Numbered from the stretch's first letter, positions 1 to 10,185 are shown. The stretch: 64,000 bases of DNA from Carboxydocellales bacterium (GCA_049302075.1 JBAQLS010000046.1:148436-212435); one strand, 5' to 3'. Translations and numbers: made by a program. The notes: a model not told the origin generated them from the sequence alone.

Positions 1-269
1 TGCAGCGCCTCCTGCAGAGGCGGGATGGTCAGGGGTACTCCCGGACTGGTAACCACCAACCGGTATTTATTGCCCACCTCCTGGGGGTAACTGCCCAGAA
101 CCAGTTCAATGCCCAGCTCTTCCAGCTCCGCTGCGGCTGCTTCCTGCTGTTCCCTAGGTTTAGAGTCGGTTATGGTTACTTTAGCTTGCTTGCTGTGCAG
201 AAACCTGGCCGAGGCTATGCCACTACGGGCTAGGCCTATGATCAGGATGGGTAAACCTTTAACTTCCAT
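1..269 (-). CDS. murD: MurD, UDP-N-acetylmuramoylalanine--D-glutamate ligase (N-terminal part; gene continues past the window start)
   Basis: Reverse-strand translation from the ATG at 269..267 gives MEVKGLPILIIGLARSGIASARFLHSKQAKVTITD..., a typical MurD Rossmann N-terminus. A GGAGGA Shine-Dalgarno sits at 275-281 on the reverse strand. Position matches the dcw gene order after mraY. Confidence 0.75.
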   Translation of the reverse strand, partial: MEVKGLPILIIGLARSGIASARFLHSKQAKVTITDSKPREQQEAAAAELEELGIELVLGSYPQEVGNKYRLVVTSPGVPLTIPPLQEAL

Positions 270-314
270 AAGTCCTCCTTGTTATTCTGGTCTTTTTGTC
301 TGGGCTGTGCTCTC

Positions 315-538
315 CGGTCGGGAACCTATCCCGGTTCGGTACTCTTAGCTCCATGCCTTGTAACTGTAAGCTCGTTGGGCTAATCAAAGCACCCAGACCT
401 CGCCAATTCGTCGTCCGTGACTCAGTGGCGAGGCGTCCGCCGTCCATGGCGGCCGGGGTGCTTTGATTGCCCGCCTCGCTAACAGTTACTACGGCACTCC
501 GCCATGAGTACCTACACCGGAACAGGTTCCCGACCTGG
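315..538 (+). repeat. Structured interspersed repeat, family 1, copy 1 (~224 nt, nested stems)
   Basis: Shares ccggtcgg...cccgg..ggtgctcttagctccatgc...ctacggcactccaccatgagcacc..ccgg..ccgacctgg with 23646-23869 and 46046-46270. The outer stem (ggtcgggaacct / aggttcccgacc) pairs with a copy-specific sequence. Confidence 0.7.
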
Positions 539-809
539 GTCATGACCGGGGCGCAGACCTGAGCACAGACCAGGCCAGAAATACTGCGTCGTCCGGGATG
601 CTTGGGAGGGTTATTTATGCTTTACGCTAGTCTCAAATGCTTTTAAGAATCCTTTATTGCCCTTTATAATATCTAATATATATAAACCTATATTGGGTCG
701 AAAGCTTCTATACTCGTTGCTTTACTAGTAATCTAATCCCCAACTCTTTCACGCCCATCCCCACCTTCTTTGCCCTTCCCACTCCCCAGCTTAACCTTGC
801 GGGTCTGGC

Positions 810-1055
810 CCAGGGACGTGGGTAGGTGGGATAAGGCGCGCCTATGCGTAGGTCGGCATTGGGCATGCATGCGGTGGAAACAGGAGGACGCAGGATCCAC
901 GTTGGCTTACAGCCCAATGTAGTCAGCGTACTCTATATCCAGTTAAACACTATCCTGGCAGCGGAACACATATATCCGAAGTCCCCTGTTTCCACCGGCC
1001 GGAGGCCGGCCGGTGGCATCAAGTGCGCCGTTCCCACCTACCCATGTCCCGGCAA
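810..1055. repeat. Long nested inverted repeats in the mraY-murD intergenic insertion (function unknown)
   Basis: ggacgtgggtaggtgggataaggcgcgcc (813-845) is complementary to tgcgccgttcccacctacccatgtcccgg (~1020-1052). Inside, gcggtggaaacagg (~861-876) pairs with cctgtttccaccggc (~987-1001). Confidence 0.4.
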
Positions 1056-1069
1056 TTAGACAGTCAAGT

Positions 1070-2056
1070 TCAGCCTATATTATACATGCCCATGAGGCCG
1101 ATTAGGGAGCAGATTAGCGTGGCTAGCCAAAAGATGCGCACCACTTTTTGCTCTGACCAGCCCCCCAGCTCGAAATGGTGGTGGAGGGGGCTCATACGGA
1201 AAACCCTTTTGCCGGTGGATTGAAAGGAAATCACTTGTATAATTACCGAGAGCGTTTCGGCTACATAAACTCCGCCAATGATGGGTAGCAGTAATTCCGT
1301 TTTAGTTAGGATGGCCATTGTCGCCAGTCCCCCGCCTAGAGCCAGGGAGCCGGTGTCCCCCATGAATACCCGGGCTGGGTGGTTGTTATATCTTAAAAAC
1401 CCTAAACATCCTCCCGCCAGAGCGGCACCGAAGATAGCCACTTCTGGTTTATTGATCATTAAACTTATAATGGTAAAGGCTGAGGCGGTAATCACGGTAA
1501 TTCCTGCTGCCAGACCGTCTAGCCCGTCTGTCAGGTTAACTGCATTGGCAGCCCCTACTGTGACTACCCAAATAAATACAAAATATACCAAAAAGCCGTA
1601 GTCTAATACCGTTCCTGAAAATGGTATTACGATACCAGTCCCCAGCTTTAGGGGGTATGCTGCCACAAAAGCGAGAAATAAGGCCATTAGTGACTGGCCG
1701 AGGATTTTTTCCTTGGCTCTTAAACCAAGGGAGCGCTTTTTGATTACTTTAATGTAATCATCGGTAAAACCTAACAGGCCGTAAAACAGGGTAACCCCGA
1801 TTAACAGCCAGACTTCCGGGCCTCGTCGGCTTACTAATAGTGCTGCTGCCACCAGGCCAGCTAAAAACATCACTCCACCCATAGTAGGGGTGCCCGCTTT
1901 TTGCAAATGCCGCTGCGGACCGTCATTACGAATATTCTGGCCAAATTTTAAGCGATGTAAAAATGGAATGAAAAATGGCCCTGTGATTACCGTCAGTATC
2001 GCTGACAGCCCTAAAGCAATAATGACCCGTTCCATCTCTGCTCTGCCCCTCCCCAC
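1070..2056 (-). CDS. mraY: Phospho-N-acetylmuramoyl-pentapeptide transferase MraY
   Basis: 328-aa polytopic membrane protein whose family motifs (DDYIKV, NAVNLTDGLDGLA, MGDTGSLALGG, PLHHHFE) are diagnostic of MraY. Sits in dcw order. Confidence 0.92.
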   Translation of the reverse strand: MGRGRAEMERVIIALGLSAILTVITGPFFIPFLHRLKFGQNIRNDGPQRHLQKAGTPTMGGVMFLAGLVAAALLVSRRGPEVWLLIGVTLFYGLLGFTDDYIKVIKKRSLGLRAKEKILGQSLMALFLAFVAAYPLKLGTGIVIPFSGTVLDYGFLVYFVFIWVVTVGAANAVNLTDGLDGLAAGITVITASAFTIISLMINKPEVAIFGAALAGGCLGFLRYNNHPARVFMGDTGSLALGGGLATMAILTKTELLLPIIGGVYVAETLSVIIQVISFQSTGKRVFRMSPLHHHFELGGWSEQKVVRIFWLATLICSLIGLMGMYNIG

Positions 2057-2148
2057 AATCCAGCTTTAATTCTGCTTTATACTGCATTAATACCGCTTAT
2101 ACTGCTATAACTGCTTTATATGCTATTACTGCTTTAATACTTCTGGTT

Positions 2149-3612
2149 CTATTCTATTGACGCTGCTATTTCTTCCATTTTCATCCCCCGGGAACCCTTC
2201 ACCAGCACTACATCCCCCGGCTGCAGTATAGCTTGTAGCTGCCTGATGGCCTGCTCTTTTTCTGTACAGGCGAAAATTGACCTTTGCTTCATACCTCGGG
2301 TAGCTGCTTGTGCTGCTATCCATCCGGCTAATTCTCCTAGGGTAACTAAGCTGTCTAGGCCCAGGCTGGCTACAGTATCACCGATTGATCGGTGACCTTT
2401 TTCCGCCTGTTCCCCCAACTCCAGCATATTTCCTAAAACAGCTATCCGCTTACCCTGGCAAGGATATCCGGCCAGCACCTCCAGTGCTGCTCGCATCGAA
2501 GATGGGTTGGCATTATAGGCATCATTAATTACTGTCCAGGGCTTACCTGTCCTAATCTCCAGCCTCATTGCGGAAAGGGCTAACTCTGTTAACCCCTGGC
2601 CAATCTCCTCCTGGCTTAATCCTAACTCTAGCCCTACTCCAATTGCTGCTAAAGCATTTAAGACATTGTGCCGGCCGGGAACGGGTATCTGCACTGACAT
2701 TGGCTTATGTCCTGACACCTTCACCTTAAATTCACTATTGGTTGGCCCGGTCATTTGCCAGTCCGTGGCCTGTAAGTGATTGTTTTCCCCAAAGCCATAG
2801 TAAATGGCCTGACGGTCTAATCCTTCTCCCAGCTTACGCAGCCAGGGATCATCTCCATTTAAGATAGCTGCTCCTGTTGCCGGGAGTTCCGCCAAAAGTT
2901 CACCTTTAGCCTGAGCAATGTTTTCCATTGAACCCAACAGCTCTATATGGGCTTCCCCAATGTTGGAAATCACTCCAATGTCCGGCTGAGCAATCCGGGC
3001 TAGCTGCTGGATTTCCCCCCGGCCTCGCATCCCCATTTCCACAATTGCCGCTTGATGCTCCGGTCCTAGCTCTAATAAGGTTAAGGGCAGACCGATTTCA
3101 TTATTAAAATTGCCACCGGTCTTTAACACCCTGTACTTTTGTTCCAACACTGCGGCAATCATATCCTTGACACTAGTCTTCCCAGTACTGCCGGTAACCG
3201 CCACCACCGGGACTCCGGCTTTCCTGCGATTATACCCAGCTAAATGCTGTAATGCTTGGAGCGTATCTTCCACTAAAATAACCGGAATTGCAATATTTAG
3301 CTCCCTTGAGCTGCCAACCCCAAGCTTTGAGACGTCGGCCTGATGTAGCTCGCTTGTCTGGCTACTCTGAATACCATGTAATTTAGTCCAAGCCTCTGGT
3401 TGGCTGATGATTAGTGCCCCTGCTCCCCCAGCAATAGCCTGAGCCAAAAAATCATGGGCGTCAAACCGCTCTCCCTTTAAGGCTGCAAAAATGCTTCCCG
3501 GCCTTACTTTTCGCGTATCCGTGGAAACCAGATCAAACACCGCATCCGGGTCCCCCTGAATTATCCTTCCCCCTACCGAAGAGGCTATTTCTGTCCAGCT
3601 AAATTGGTACAT
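2149..3612 (-). CDS. murF: UDP-N-acetylmuramoyl-tripeptide--D-alanyl-D-alanine ligase MurF
   Basis: Mur ligase motifs (VTGSTGKTS, central and C-terminal Mur domains). The long ORF extends to 3636, but the ATG at 3612 (MYQFSWTEI...) has an AGGAGG SD and lies 2 nt after the murE stop. Confidence 0.9.
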   Translation of the reverse strand: MYQFSWTEIASSVGGRIIQGDPDAVFDLVSTDTRKVRPGSIFAALKGERFDAHDFLAQAIAGGAGALIISQPEAWTKLHGIQSSQTSELHQADVSKLGVGSSRELNIAIPVILVEDTLQALQHLAGYNRRKAGVPVVAVTGSTGKTSVKDMIAAVLEQKYRVLKTGGNFNNEIGLPLTLLELGPEHQAAIVEMGMRGRGEIQQLARIAQPDIGVISNIGEAHIELLGSMENIAQAKGELLAELPATGAAILNGDDPWLRKLGEGLDRQAIYYGFGENNHLQATDWQMTGPTNSEFKVKVSGHKPMSVQIPVPGRHNVLNALAAIGVGLELGLSQEEIGQGLTELALSAMRLEIRTGKPWTVINDAYNANPSSMRAALEVLAGYPCQGKRIAVLGNMLELGEQAEKGHRSIGDTVASLGLDSLVTLGELAGWIAAQAATRGMKQRSIFACTEKEQAIRQLQAILQPGDVVLVKGSRGMKMEEIAASIE

Positions 3613-3614
3613 GC

Positions 3615-5168
3615 TTAACCTCCTGTCTGCAAACACTGGCGAGCCACTGCCCGGTCATCAAAAGGCAGTGTTTTGTCCCCGATGATTTGATAGCTTTCGT
3701 GGCCTTTGCCAGCTATCAGCACCAGATCCTCCGGTCCGGCCATACTAATGGCATAAGCTATGGCCTCCCTGCGATCCAATACCTTAGCGTACTGCTCAGA
3801 CCCTACAAAATCTCTAATACCTGCTTCTATTTCCTCGATAATAACCACCGGGTCTTCACTCCGCGGGTTATCAGAGGTAATTATGGTATAATCACTCAGT
3901 CGGGCGGCAATGCTGCCCATAATCGGCCGCTTGGTCCGATCTCGGTCGCCGCCACAGCCAAACACTGTAATAATTCGCCCTAAGACAAATTGATTAGCGG
4001 TGTGCAACACATTTTCCAAGCTGTCCGGGGTATGGGCATAATCCACAATCACCCCGAAGCTTTGCCCTTCGTCAATTAGTTCAAAACGACCGGGCACTCC
4101 GGTAACCCCTTCCAACACCTGCTTAATTTCTCCTAAATCTATCTTTTCCAGCAAGCCCACACAAATCGCAGCCAAGGCGTTATAGACACTAAAGATACCC
4201 GTCATGCGTAATTTAAAGTCCGCTTTGCCCCAGGGGGTGGTCACCCCAAAGGATACCCCGCTGGCTTTGACCAAGACGTTGCTAGCCTTAACTGTTGCCT
4301 CACTTTTGATACCATAGGTAAGCACCTGTCCCCGGCTTTTTCCCTGGATAAAGCGTCCGGCCGGGTCATCGATATTAATAATACCATATTTCGGGTGTGC
4401 TTTCCCTCCTGTAGGGTTTAGACCGCTAAAGAGTTTAGTCTTGGCCGCCAGGTAGGCTTCCATATTTTCATGAAAATCCAGGTGATCCTGAGTTAAGTTG
4501 GTAAAAACCGCTATATCAAACTCAATGGCTTCAACCCGACCTAACTCCAGGGCGTGGGAGGATACCTCCATTACTCCATAATCCGCCCCTTTGTCCACCA
4601 TTTTGGCTAGCAGTTGTTGCAGCTCTAGTGGCAAAGGAGTGGTATTGTTAACTGGCAGCACTTCCTCGCCTATTTTGCTATGAATGGTGCCAATTAGTCC
4701 CACTCGATGTCCCCGGGCTTTTAACAGCGCTTCAATTAGATGAGTGCTGGTGGTCTTACCGTTAGTCCCCGTCACCCCAATCATGGTCATTTTCTGAGCC
4801 GGGAATTGGTAGAACCGGGCACTAACCCAGGCTAAAGCTGTTCTGGTGTTATCCACCTGTACCCAACATACCTTGTCCAGCACTTCTGGAGGAAGTCCCA
4901 AAGCTGTGGGGTCCTTTTCCACCAACAGCGCCGCTGCTCCTTGCTCCACCGCCTGGAGGATATAGTTATGCCCATCAACCTTATAGCCCACAATACAAGT
5001 AAACATAAACCCTGGTGCTACCTTCCGGGAATGATGAGCAAGCCCTAGGATTGGAGTTTGCAGCTCCCCTTGGCTTTGTTTTATTTGTAGGTCCTGTACC
5101 AAAGCTTGTAGTTTCATAATTTCCTGTCTTTGCACACCACCAGCCCCCTTGTTTCTAATTTTTGCCAT
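3615..5168 (-). CDS. murE: UDP-N-acetylmuramoyl-L-alanyl-D-glutamate--2,6-diaminopimelate ligase MurE
   Basis: Mur ligase with GVTGTNGKTT P-loop and the DNPR motif typical of DAP-adding MurE. An alternative start is possible at 5117 (MKLQALV...). Confidence 0.88.
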   Translation of the reverse strand: MAKIRNKGAGGVQRQEIMKLQALVQDLQIKQSQGELQTPILGLAHHSRKVAPGFMFTCIVGYKVDGHNYILQAVEQGAAALLVEKDPTALGLPPEVLDKVCWVQVDNTRTALAWVSARFYQFPAQKMTMIGVTGTNGKTTSTHLIEALLKARGHRVGLIGTIHSKIGEEVLPVNNTTPLPLELQQLLAKMVDKGADYGVMEVSSHALELGRVEAIEFDIAVFTNLTQDHLDFHENMEAYLAAKTKLFSGLNPTGGKAHPKYGIINIDDPAGRFIQGKSRGQVLTYGIKSEATVKASNVLVKASGVSFGVTTPWGKADFKLRMTGIFSVYNALAAICVGLLEKIDLGEIKQVLEGVTGVPGRFELIDEGQSFGVIVDYAHTPDSLENVLHTANQFVLGRIITVFGCGGDRDRTKRPIMGSIAARLSDYTIITSDNPRSEDPVVIIEEIEAGIRDFVGSEQYAKVLDRREAIAYAISMAGPEDLVLIAGKGHESYQIIGDKTLPFDDRAVARQCLQTGG

Positions 5169-5263
5169 TCATGGAAATTCTATACCTGAATCAAGAAAAG
5201 ACTCAGAACAAAGTGGAATAAGGGAATTCCAACTCCAACTCTGAGTCCTGCAAAAATTTTCAG

Positions 5264-7498
5264 TTATGGTGCTTCCTTGACCGCCCCTTCAGCGCCAGTA
5301 GGATACTGGGTTTGGTTTGAAGGCAAAGGTGCTAGAGTCGGTCCCCCTTGGGGCTGGTTGGGTGAGCCAAATTTGACTTTTACCACCGTACCCGCTCTAA
5401 CCTTGGTCCTGGGGGCAATACTTTGACTTTCGGCAACTCCGGAACCTTCCAGATCCATTTTTAAACCTGCTAACGCTAAGGTGGCTGCCGCCTCCCGGAG
5501 AGTTTTGCCAACTAGATTCGGTACTGAAACTATACTATCTCCCGGAACTCCTTGCGTAGATTTACCCAGGTACAGAGTAATCTTGGTGCCTTCCCCAATC
5601 TCAGCACCAGGCAGCGGAAACTGGCCTAACACTATTTTCCCTTCGCCTTCAGTGGTCCAGGAGAATTTCTCCTTATACAAAATATTCTGGGCCTCTCCCA
5701 AAGGCAGGTTGATCACTTGGGGAACTATTGCTACGGCCTTAGCCGGTTGTTCGAGTTTTGGCTTTAGCTTATCCGGGGTTAATTGAGGAGGAACCCCCAA
5801 GTATTTTAAGGTATCGCCTACTACCGCCTTAAATGCCGGGGCAGCTATCTGGCCTCCGTAATAGACCTGTCCTTGGGGCTCGTCTATAACCACCAGAGCT
5901 GCTATCCGGGGATTATCCGCCGGGGCAAAGCCGGCAAAAGAAGCAACATATTTACCCTGCTGGTATCCACCGGTAGGCATGGCTTTCTGGGCTGTACCCG
6001 TCTTGCCAGCTGCCCGGTAGCCTTCCAAATAGGCCTTTTCACCAGTTCCATTGGCTACCACACTTTCTAAAATCCCTGAGAGTTCCCGTGCTGTGGACTT
6101 GGAGATTACCTGTCTAACTTGTTTAGGCTGGATTTGCTGAACTTGACCGTTTACATCCCGAATTTCTTTAACAAGCTGAGGCTTCATTAGCACCCCGTCA
6201 TTAGCTACTGCAGCTACTGCGGTAATTAACTGGATGGCCGTAACTGCATTGGATTGGCCAATGGACATGGTAGCTAGGTCTAACTGGGTTGCTCTTTTGG
6301 GATTAACCAAAATACCTGTCGCTTCTCCGGGCAGGTCAATTTCCGTTTGTCGCCCAAAGCCAAAAGCCTGCAGATACTGGTTGAATTTCTCCACACCTAG
6401 AGCCAGGCCGATGGTGATAAAGCCAGGGTTACAGGAATTTTCTGCAACCTCAAGAAAGCTTAGGGCCCCATGTCCGCCTGCTTTCCAGCACTTGATTTTC
6501 TTACCTAAAACCTCTATATAACCAGGGTCATAAAACCGGTCATTGGGCTTAACCACCCCTTCTTCCAGAGCAGCGGCTGCCGTGATTACCTTAAAAGTTG
6601 AACCCGGTTCATAGGAATCAGAAACAGCGAAATTACGCCAAGTTTTTTGATCAAATTCCCAATATTTATTCGGGTTATAATCCGGGCGATTGGCCATGGC
6701 CAATATATCCCCGGTCTTGGGATCTATGATAATAATAGCGGCATTGAGGGGATTATAGGTTAACATAAGTGCATCTAATTCCCGCTCCACAAAATGCTGG
6801 ATGGTTTCGTCAATGGTCAGAACCAGACTTTTGCCTTCAATGGGAGGTATGTACTTAGACTCCCCATTGGGAATTTCCCGTCCGGTCGCATCCCGTTCCG
6901 AAACAATTTTTCCCGCTATGCCCTTTAATTCTTTATCCAAGGCCCCCTCTATCCCACCGGCGCCGTCAGCATCCGTCCTAGTGGCAAAGCCTAATACATG
7001 GGCCGCCAAATTGTCATTGGGATAGAAGCGGGAACTCTCCGGAATAAAGCGAATTCCTGTTAACTCTCCTTGTTTAGAGTTTTCCAGTTGTTTTAGCTGA
7101 TTAATTTTACTGTCTTCCACTTTCCGTTTGATCCAGACAAAACCCGTTTTCTTAGTTAATAATTTTTTAATAGCTTCCTTTTCCATCCCCAAAACTGTAG
7201 CCAGTTTGGCCGCAGTGGCCTCCGGGTCAATTATCCGTCTGGGTTCAGCAGCTACCGTTTCCGAGGTGATGCTCACCGCCAGTTCCTTGCCATTACGGTC
7301 ATAAATAGTTCCCCGTCGTGCTTCTACGGGGACTTCGCGCAAACGGTTATCAATTGCTTTATCGGTTAGCTCAGCGCCCTTGATAAACTGCAAATAAGCT
7401 AACCTGGACATTAGCAACAATAAAACCATTGATATTAGCGTCAACAGTATGGTAATTCTTTTTCGCATATCCACACTGGTGTTGTACAACTGCTCCAC
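5264..7498 (-). CDS. Class B penicillin-binding protein (FtsI/PBP2B/SpoVD family) with C-terminal PASTA domain
   Basis: N-terminal TM helix and dimerisation domain. Transpeptidase motifs STFK, SCN, KTGTA. The C-terminal ~60 aa is PASTA-like (VPNLVGKTLREAAATLALAGLK...). Sits in the dcw position of ftsI/spoVD. Confidence 0.88.
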   Translation of the reverse strand: MEQLYNTSVDMRKRITILLTLISMVLLLLMSRLAYLQFIKGAELTDKAIDNRLREVPVEARRGTIYDRNGKELAVSITSETVAAEPRRIIDPEATAAKLATVLGMEKEAIKKLLTKKTGFVWIKRKVEDSKINQLKQLENSKQGELTGIRFIPESSRFYPNDNLAAHVLGFATRTDADGAGGIEGALDKELKGIAGKIVSERDATGREIPNGESKYIPPIEGKSLVLTIDETIQHFVERELDALMLTYNPLNAAIIIIDPKTGDILAMANRPDYNPNKYWEFDQKTWRNFAVSDSYEPGSTFKVITAAAALEEGVVKPNDRFYDPGYIEVLGKKIKCWKAGGHGALSFLEVAENSCNPGFITIGLALGVEKFNQYLQAFGFGRQTEIDLPGEATGILVNPKRATQLDLATMSIGQSNAVTAIQLITAVAAVANDGVLMKPQLVKEIRDVNGQVQQIQPKQVRQVISKSTARELSGILESVVANGTGEKAYLEGYRAAGKTGTAQKAMPTGGYQQGKYVASFAGFAPADNPRIAALVVIDEPQGQVYYGGQIAAPAFKAVVGDTLKYLGVPPQLTPDKLKPKLEQPAKAVAIVPQVINLPLGEAQNILYKEKFSWTTEGEGKIVLGQFPLPGAEIGEGTKITLYLGKSTQGVPGDSIVSVPNLVGKTLREAAATLALAGLKMDLEGSGVAESQSIAPRTKVRAGTVVKVKFGSPNQPQGGPTLAPLPSNQTQYPTGAEGAVKEAP

Positions 7499-7537
7499 TC
7501 CTTTAAGGGAGGTTAATCGCCAGTGCTAAGCGCCAGG

Positions 7538-8059
7538 TCATTGGCCAGTATTGGCTTCCACCGGAGTAGAACCCTTATCCCATTGCTGGAATAGGGAGGT
7601 CATAACTCCCAGCACCCCTTGGCTCAGCCCAGGCTTAGCTCCCTGAACTCCGTTTAGTTGTCCGTTACCACCCTGATCCTGACTGTAGGCATTACCCGAA
7701 CCGTTTTTAATGGCGATAAATTGAACGTTCCGTGGAGCTACCATACCTAATCTGGTGGTAGCAATCTTCTCAATTCGGTCGAGAGATTTTAGTTGATTTA
7801 ATTCGACATTCAATCGCTGATTTTCCTTCTCTAAAACGCTCATGGCAGCATTTAATTTACTTAATTGATAGCCCATTACCGCCACGTGAGTATACCTGGA
7901 AGCAACCGTCAGCCCTAGAATAAAGGCCAGCATTACAAGCAGGAGGTAACCTTTTTGAGTCTTCTTATGCATCTTCGGTGCCTTGCGGACCATCTTCCGG
8001 GGAGCGGCTTTTTCTGTTTCCCAGCTTCGATAGTCATATTTTTCTTTTGCTAGTATCAA
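7538..8059 (-). CDS. ftsL: Cell division protein FtsL-like (single TM plus coiled coil, with extended tails)
   Basis: Placed between rsmH and the PBP. Has the TM segment YLLLVMLAFILGLTV followed by a heptad-rich segment. Longer than a typical FtsL, so the N-terminal start is uncertain. Confidence 0.6.
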   Translation of the reverse strand: MILAKEKYDYRSWETEKAAPRKMVRKAPKMHKKTQKGYLLLVMLAFILGLTVASRYTHVAVMGYQLSKLNAAMSVLEKENQRLNVELNQLKSLDRIEKIATTRLGMVAPRNVQFIAIKNGSGNAYSQDQGGNGQLNGVQGAKPGLSQGVLGVMTSLFQQWDKGSTPVEANTGQ

Positions 8060-8103
8060 CTTTATGCTACCTCCTTTCCTACTAGAACACTGACGCTGCT
8101 ATA

Positions 8104-9045
8104 CTACCTGTGTTCGGCAATCCGCAGCTTAGCACTGCGGGCCCTTGGGTTGGCGGTAATTTCCGCCTCAACCGGGAGAATTGGCTTATTAGTTATAACT
8201 TTCACTACTTGTTCTTTGTTGCATCTGCAAATGGGTAATTCCGGTGGGCAAATGCATTTTTTAGCTAGCTCGCTAAAAACCTGTTTGGCAATCCGGTCTT
8301 CCAGAGAATGAAAAGTAATTACACACACTCTCCCGCCCGGTTTCAGCCGATTAACTCCCTGGCGCAAGGCCTGTTCAAAACGGTTTAGTTCATCATTTAC
8401 CGCTATCCGCAGGGCTTGAAAAGTACGCTTGGCAGGGTGAGGACCCTCCCGCCTAGCCCCGGATGGAACCGCCTTTTTAATAACCTCTACCAAGTCACCG
8501 GTGGTCTCAATGGGCTTTTGCTGTCTTTCCTGAACAATAAACTGGGCTATGCGTTTGGCCCAGCGTTCCTCGCCATATTCCCAAATAATTTGGTTTAATT
8601 GTTCTGCGGACCAAGTGTTTACCAGGTCCCGAGCTGTGGGATCAGCCCCGGAAGTATTCATCCGCATATCTAACAAAGCATTATGCTGATAGCTAAACCC
8701 CCGCTCAGCTGTATCCAACTGATAGGAGGAAACTCCTAAGTCAAAGAGCACACCATCCACCAGGTCAATTTCCAACTCATCCAGGACGGCCTCTAGATTG
8801 TAAAAATTATTATGTACCAGGGTCACCCTGTCCCCGTAGTCCAGGAGGCGCTCCCTAGCAGCTTCCAGGGCTGTCCTGTCCTGGTCAATGCCAATAAGTC
8901 TGCCGGTAGGTCCGGTTCGCTCCAGGATAGCTCTGCTATGTCCTGCTCCCCCTAAGGTGCAGTCCACAAAAGTACCCTCATCAGCATGCAGCTTTAAGCC
9001 CTGCATACATTCTTCCAGGAGTACGGAAATGTGGTGAAATTCCAT
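8104..9045 (-). CDS. rsmH: 16S rRNA (cytosine1402-N4)-methyltransferase RsmH (MraW)
   Basis: [12 protein letters not shown]..., [20 protein letters not shown]: canonical RsmH motifs. Sits in dcw order. Confidence 0.93.
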   Translation of the reverse strand: MEFHHISVLLEECMQGLKLHADEGTFVDCTLGGAGHSRAILERTGPTGRLIGIDQDRTALEAARERLLDYGDRVTLVHNNFYNLEAVLDELEIDLVDGVLFDLGVSSYQLDTAERGFSYQHNALLDMRMNTSGADPTARDLVNTWSAEQLNQIIWEYGEERWAKRIAQFIVQERQQKPIETTGDLVEVIKKAVPSGARREGPHPAKRTFQALRIAVNDELNRFEQALRQGVNRLKPGGRVCVITFHSLEDRIAKQVFSELAKKCICPPELPICRCNKEQVVKVITNKPILPVEAEITANPRARSAKLRIAEHR

Positions 9046-9136
9046 GGGTAGGCACCTTCCTCGGTTTTTCTCCTGCCTTGGCCTGATAGCCTATATTAGC
9101 TTGGTAACCTGTGTCAGCTTATCAGCCTGTCTTGGA

Positions 9137-9574
9137 TTAGATACCAATATCCAGGTCCACAATCTTTTCGGCAACCTCAGTGTAGGTTTCTTCAGCCTGA
9201 TGGCTGTAGGTACCCCACAGGTCTTTGCTCCAGATTTCTACCCGGGAGGAAACCCCCAGCAGGACAACATCTTTATCCAGCTTAGCGTATTCCCGCAGAT
9301 TGGCAGGGATTAATATTCTACCCTGCTTGTCTACCTCACATTCGGTAGCCCCGGAAAAGAAGAAGCGCACAAAAGATCGAGCATCAGCACGGGTGAAAGG
9401 CAGGGATTTTAGCTTCTGCTCCATGAGCTTCCACTCGTCCATGGGGTAAACAAAGAGACAGTTATCTAAACCCTTGGTGGCTACAAACTTTTCCCCCAAC
9501 CCCTCTCGGAGCTTAGCAGGGACAATTAGCCGCCCCTTCGGGTCAATAGTATGTTGATACTCCCCCATGAACAT
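9137..9574 (-). CDS. mraZ: Transcriptional regulator MraZ
   Basis: 145 aa with the duplicated MraZ/SpoVT-AbrB fold, [14 protein letters not shown] and [14 protein letters not shown]. It is the first gene of the dcw operon. Confidence 0.93.
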   Translation of the reverse strand: MFMGEYQHTIDPKGRLIVPAKLREGLGEKFVATKGLDNCLFVYPMDEWKLMEQKLKSLPFTRADARSFVRFFFSGATECEVDKQGRILIPANLREYAKLDKDVVLLGVSSRVEIWSKDLWGTYSHQAEETYTEVAEKIVDLDIGI

Positions 9575-9636
9575 CCACTTTCACCCCACTTTCCCTCCAC
9601 ATGTAACCACTTTAAACCACTTCACTCCACTATATT
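9575..9636 (-). promoter_or_regulatory. Array of six GTGG direct repeats at ~10.5-bp spacing, likely the MraZ operator/dcw promoter region
   Basis: CCAC on the + strand at 9575, 9586, 9597, 9607, 9617 and 9627 (GTGG on the gene strand), immediately upstream of the mraZ start. Confidence 0.6.
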
Positions 9637-9675
9637 CTATCTTATCGTTTGATTTCCTGCAATACTTTAGGGCGA

Positions 9676-9712
9676 AATAAAAAAACCTGCGAGGATTCGC
9701 AGGTTTTAATAG
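9676..9712. terminator. Bidirectional rho-independent terminator-like hairpin
   Basis: aaaaaaacctgcgaggattcgcaggtttt: a 9-bp GC-rich stem flanked by an A-run on one side and a T-run on the other. Confidence 0.6.
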
Positions 9713-9882
9713 GGAAACTTATTGAACCATACCCCAAACCGATACGGAAAAAGCAAGAGAGAGGCATTATCTCATCTAGGGATAGTGCCTCTTTTACGTA
9801 GAGCTAAAAAGGTTGTGAATATTCATTCGACAGAGGTTATCATAACAAGCATATAATATTAAGGGAGGCGGCGGATTGGATT

Positions 9883-10185
9883 ATGAAAGAGGGTGTCAAG
9901 ATGAGTAAAGCAGGAGTGAAATTTGAAGATATTAAAGCGAGGTTGATGAAGGACGAGGAATTTAAGGCAGAATACGAAAAATCAAAACCTCGTTATAAGT
10001 TGATCGCACAAATCATTGATGCTCGGAATCAGCTAAACATTACTCAGGAAGAGCTTGCCTTGCGTGTCGGGACACCATAATCCAACATATCCCGTTTTGA
10101 AAGCGGTGCCTACAACCCTTCGTTGGATTTTGTCACTAAAATCGCCCGCAGCCTTGGTAAGGAAATCCATATTACGATTAACTGA
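9883..10185 (+). pseudogene. XRE-family HTH (HigA/antitoxin-like) gene interrupted by an in-frame TAA
   Basis: ...ITQEELALRVGTP*SNISRFESGAYNPSLDFVTKIARSLGKEIHITIN. The helix-turn-helix is split by TAA at 10078-10080 and the same frame continues to the TGA at 10183-10185. Confidence 0.6.

Noticed and set aside
109-543. ORFs 109-348 (+) and 259-543 (-)
   Set aside because: They overlap the murD N-terminus on the opposite strand or run through the family-1 structured repeat. Their sequences are low complexity and not protein-like.
720-1069. Possibility that the structured mraY-murD spacer is RNase P RNA, tmRNA, SRP RNA or 6S RNA
   Set aside because: Looked on both strands for the hallmark conserved blocks (GGAAAGUCCGG/ACAGAAAGUGCCACAG for RNase P; GGGGCUG 5' end and CCA-terminal tRNA-like domain for tmRNA; SRP domain IV GGAAGG...AGCAGCC). 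None is present.
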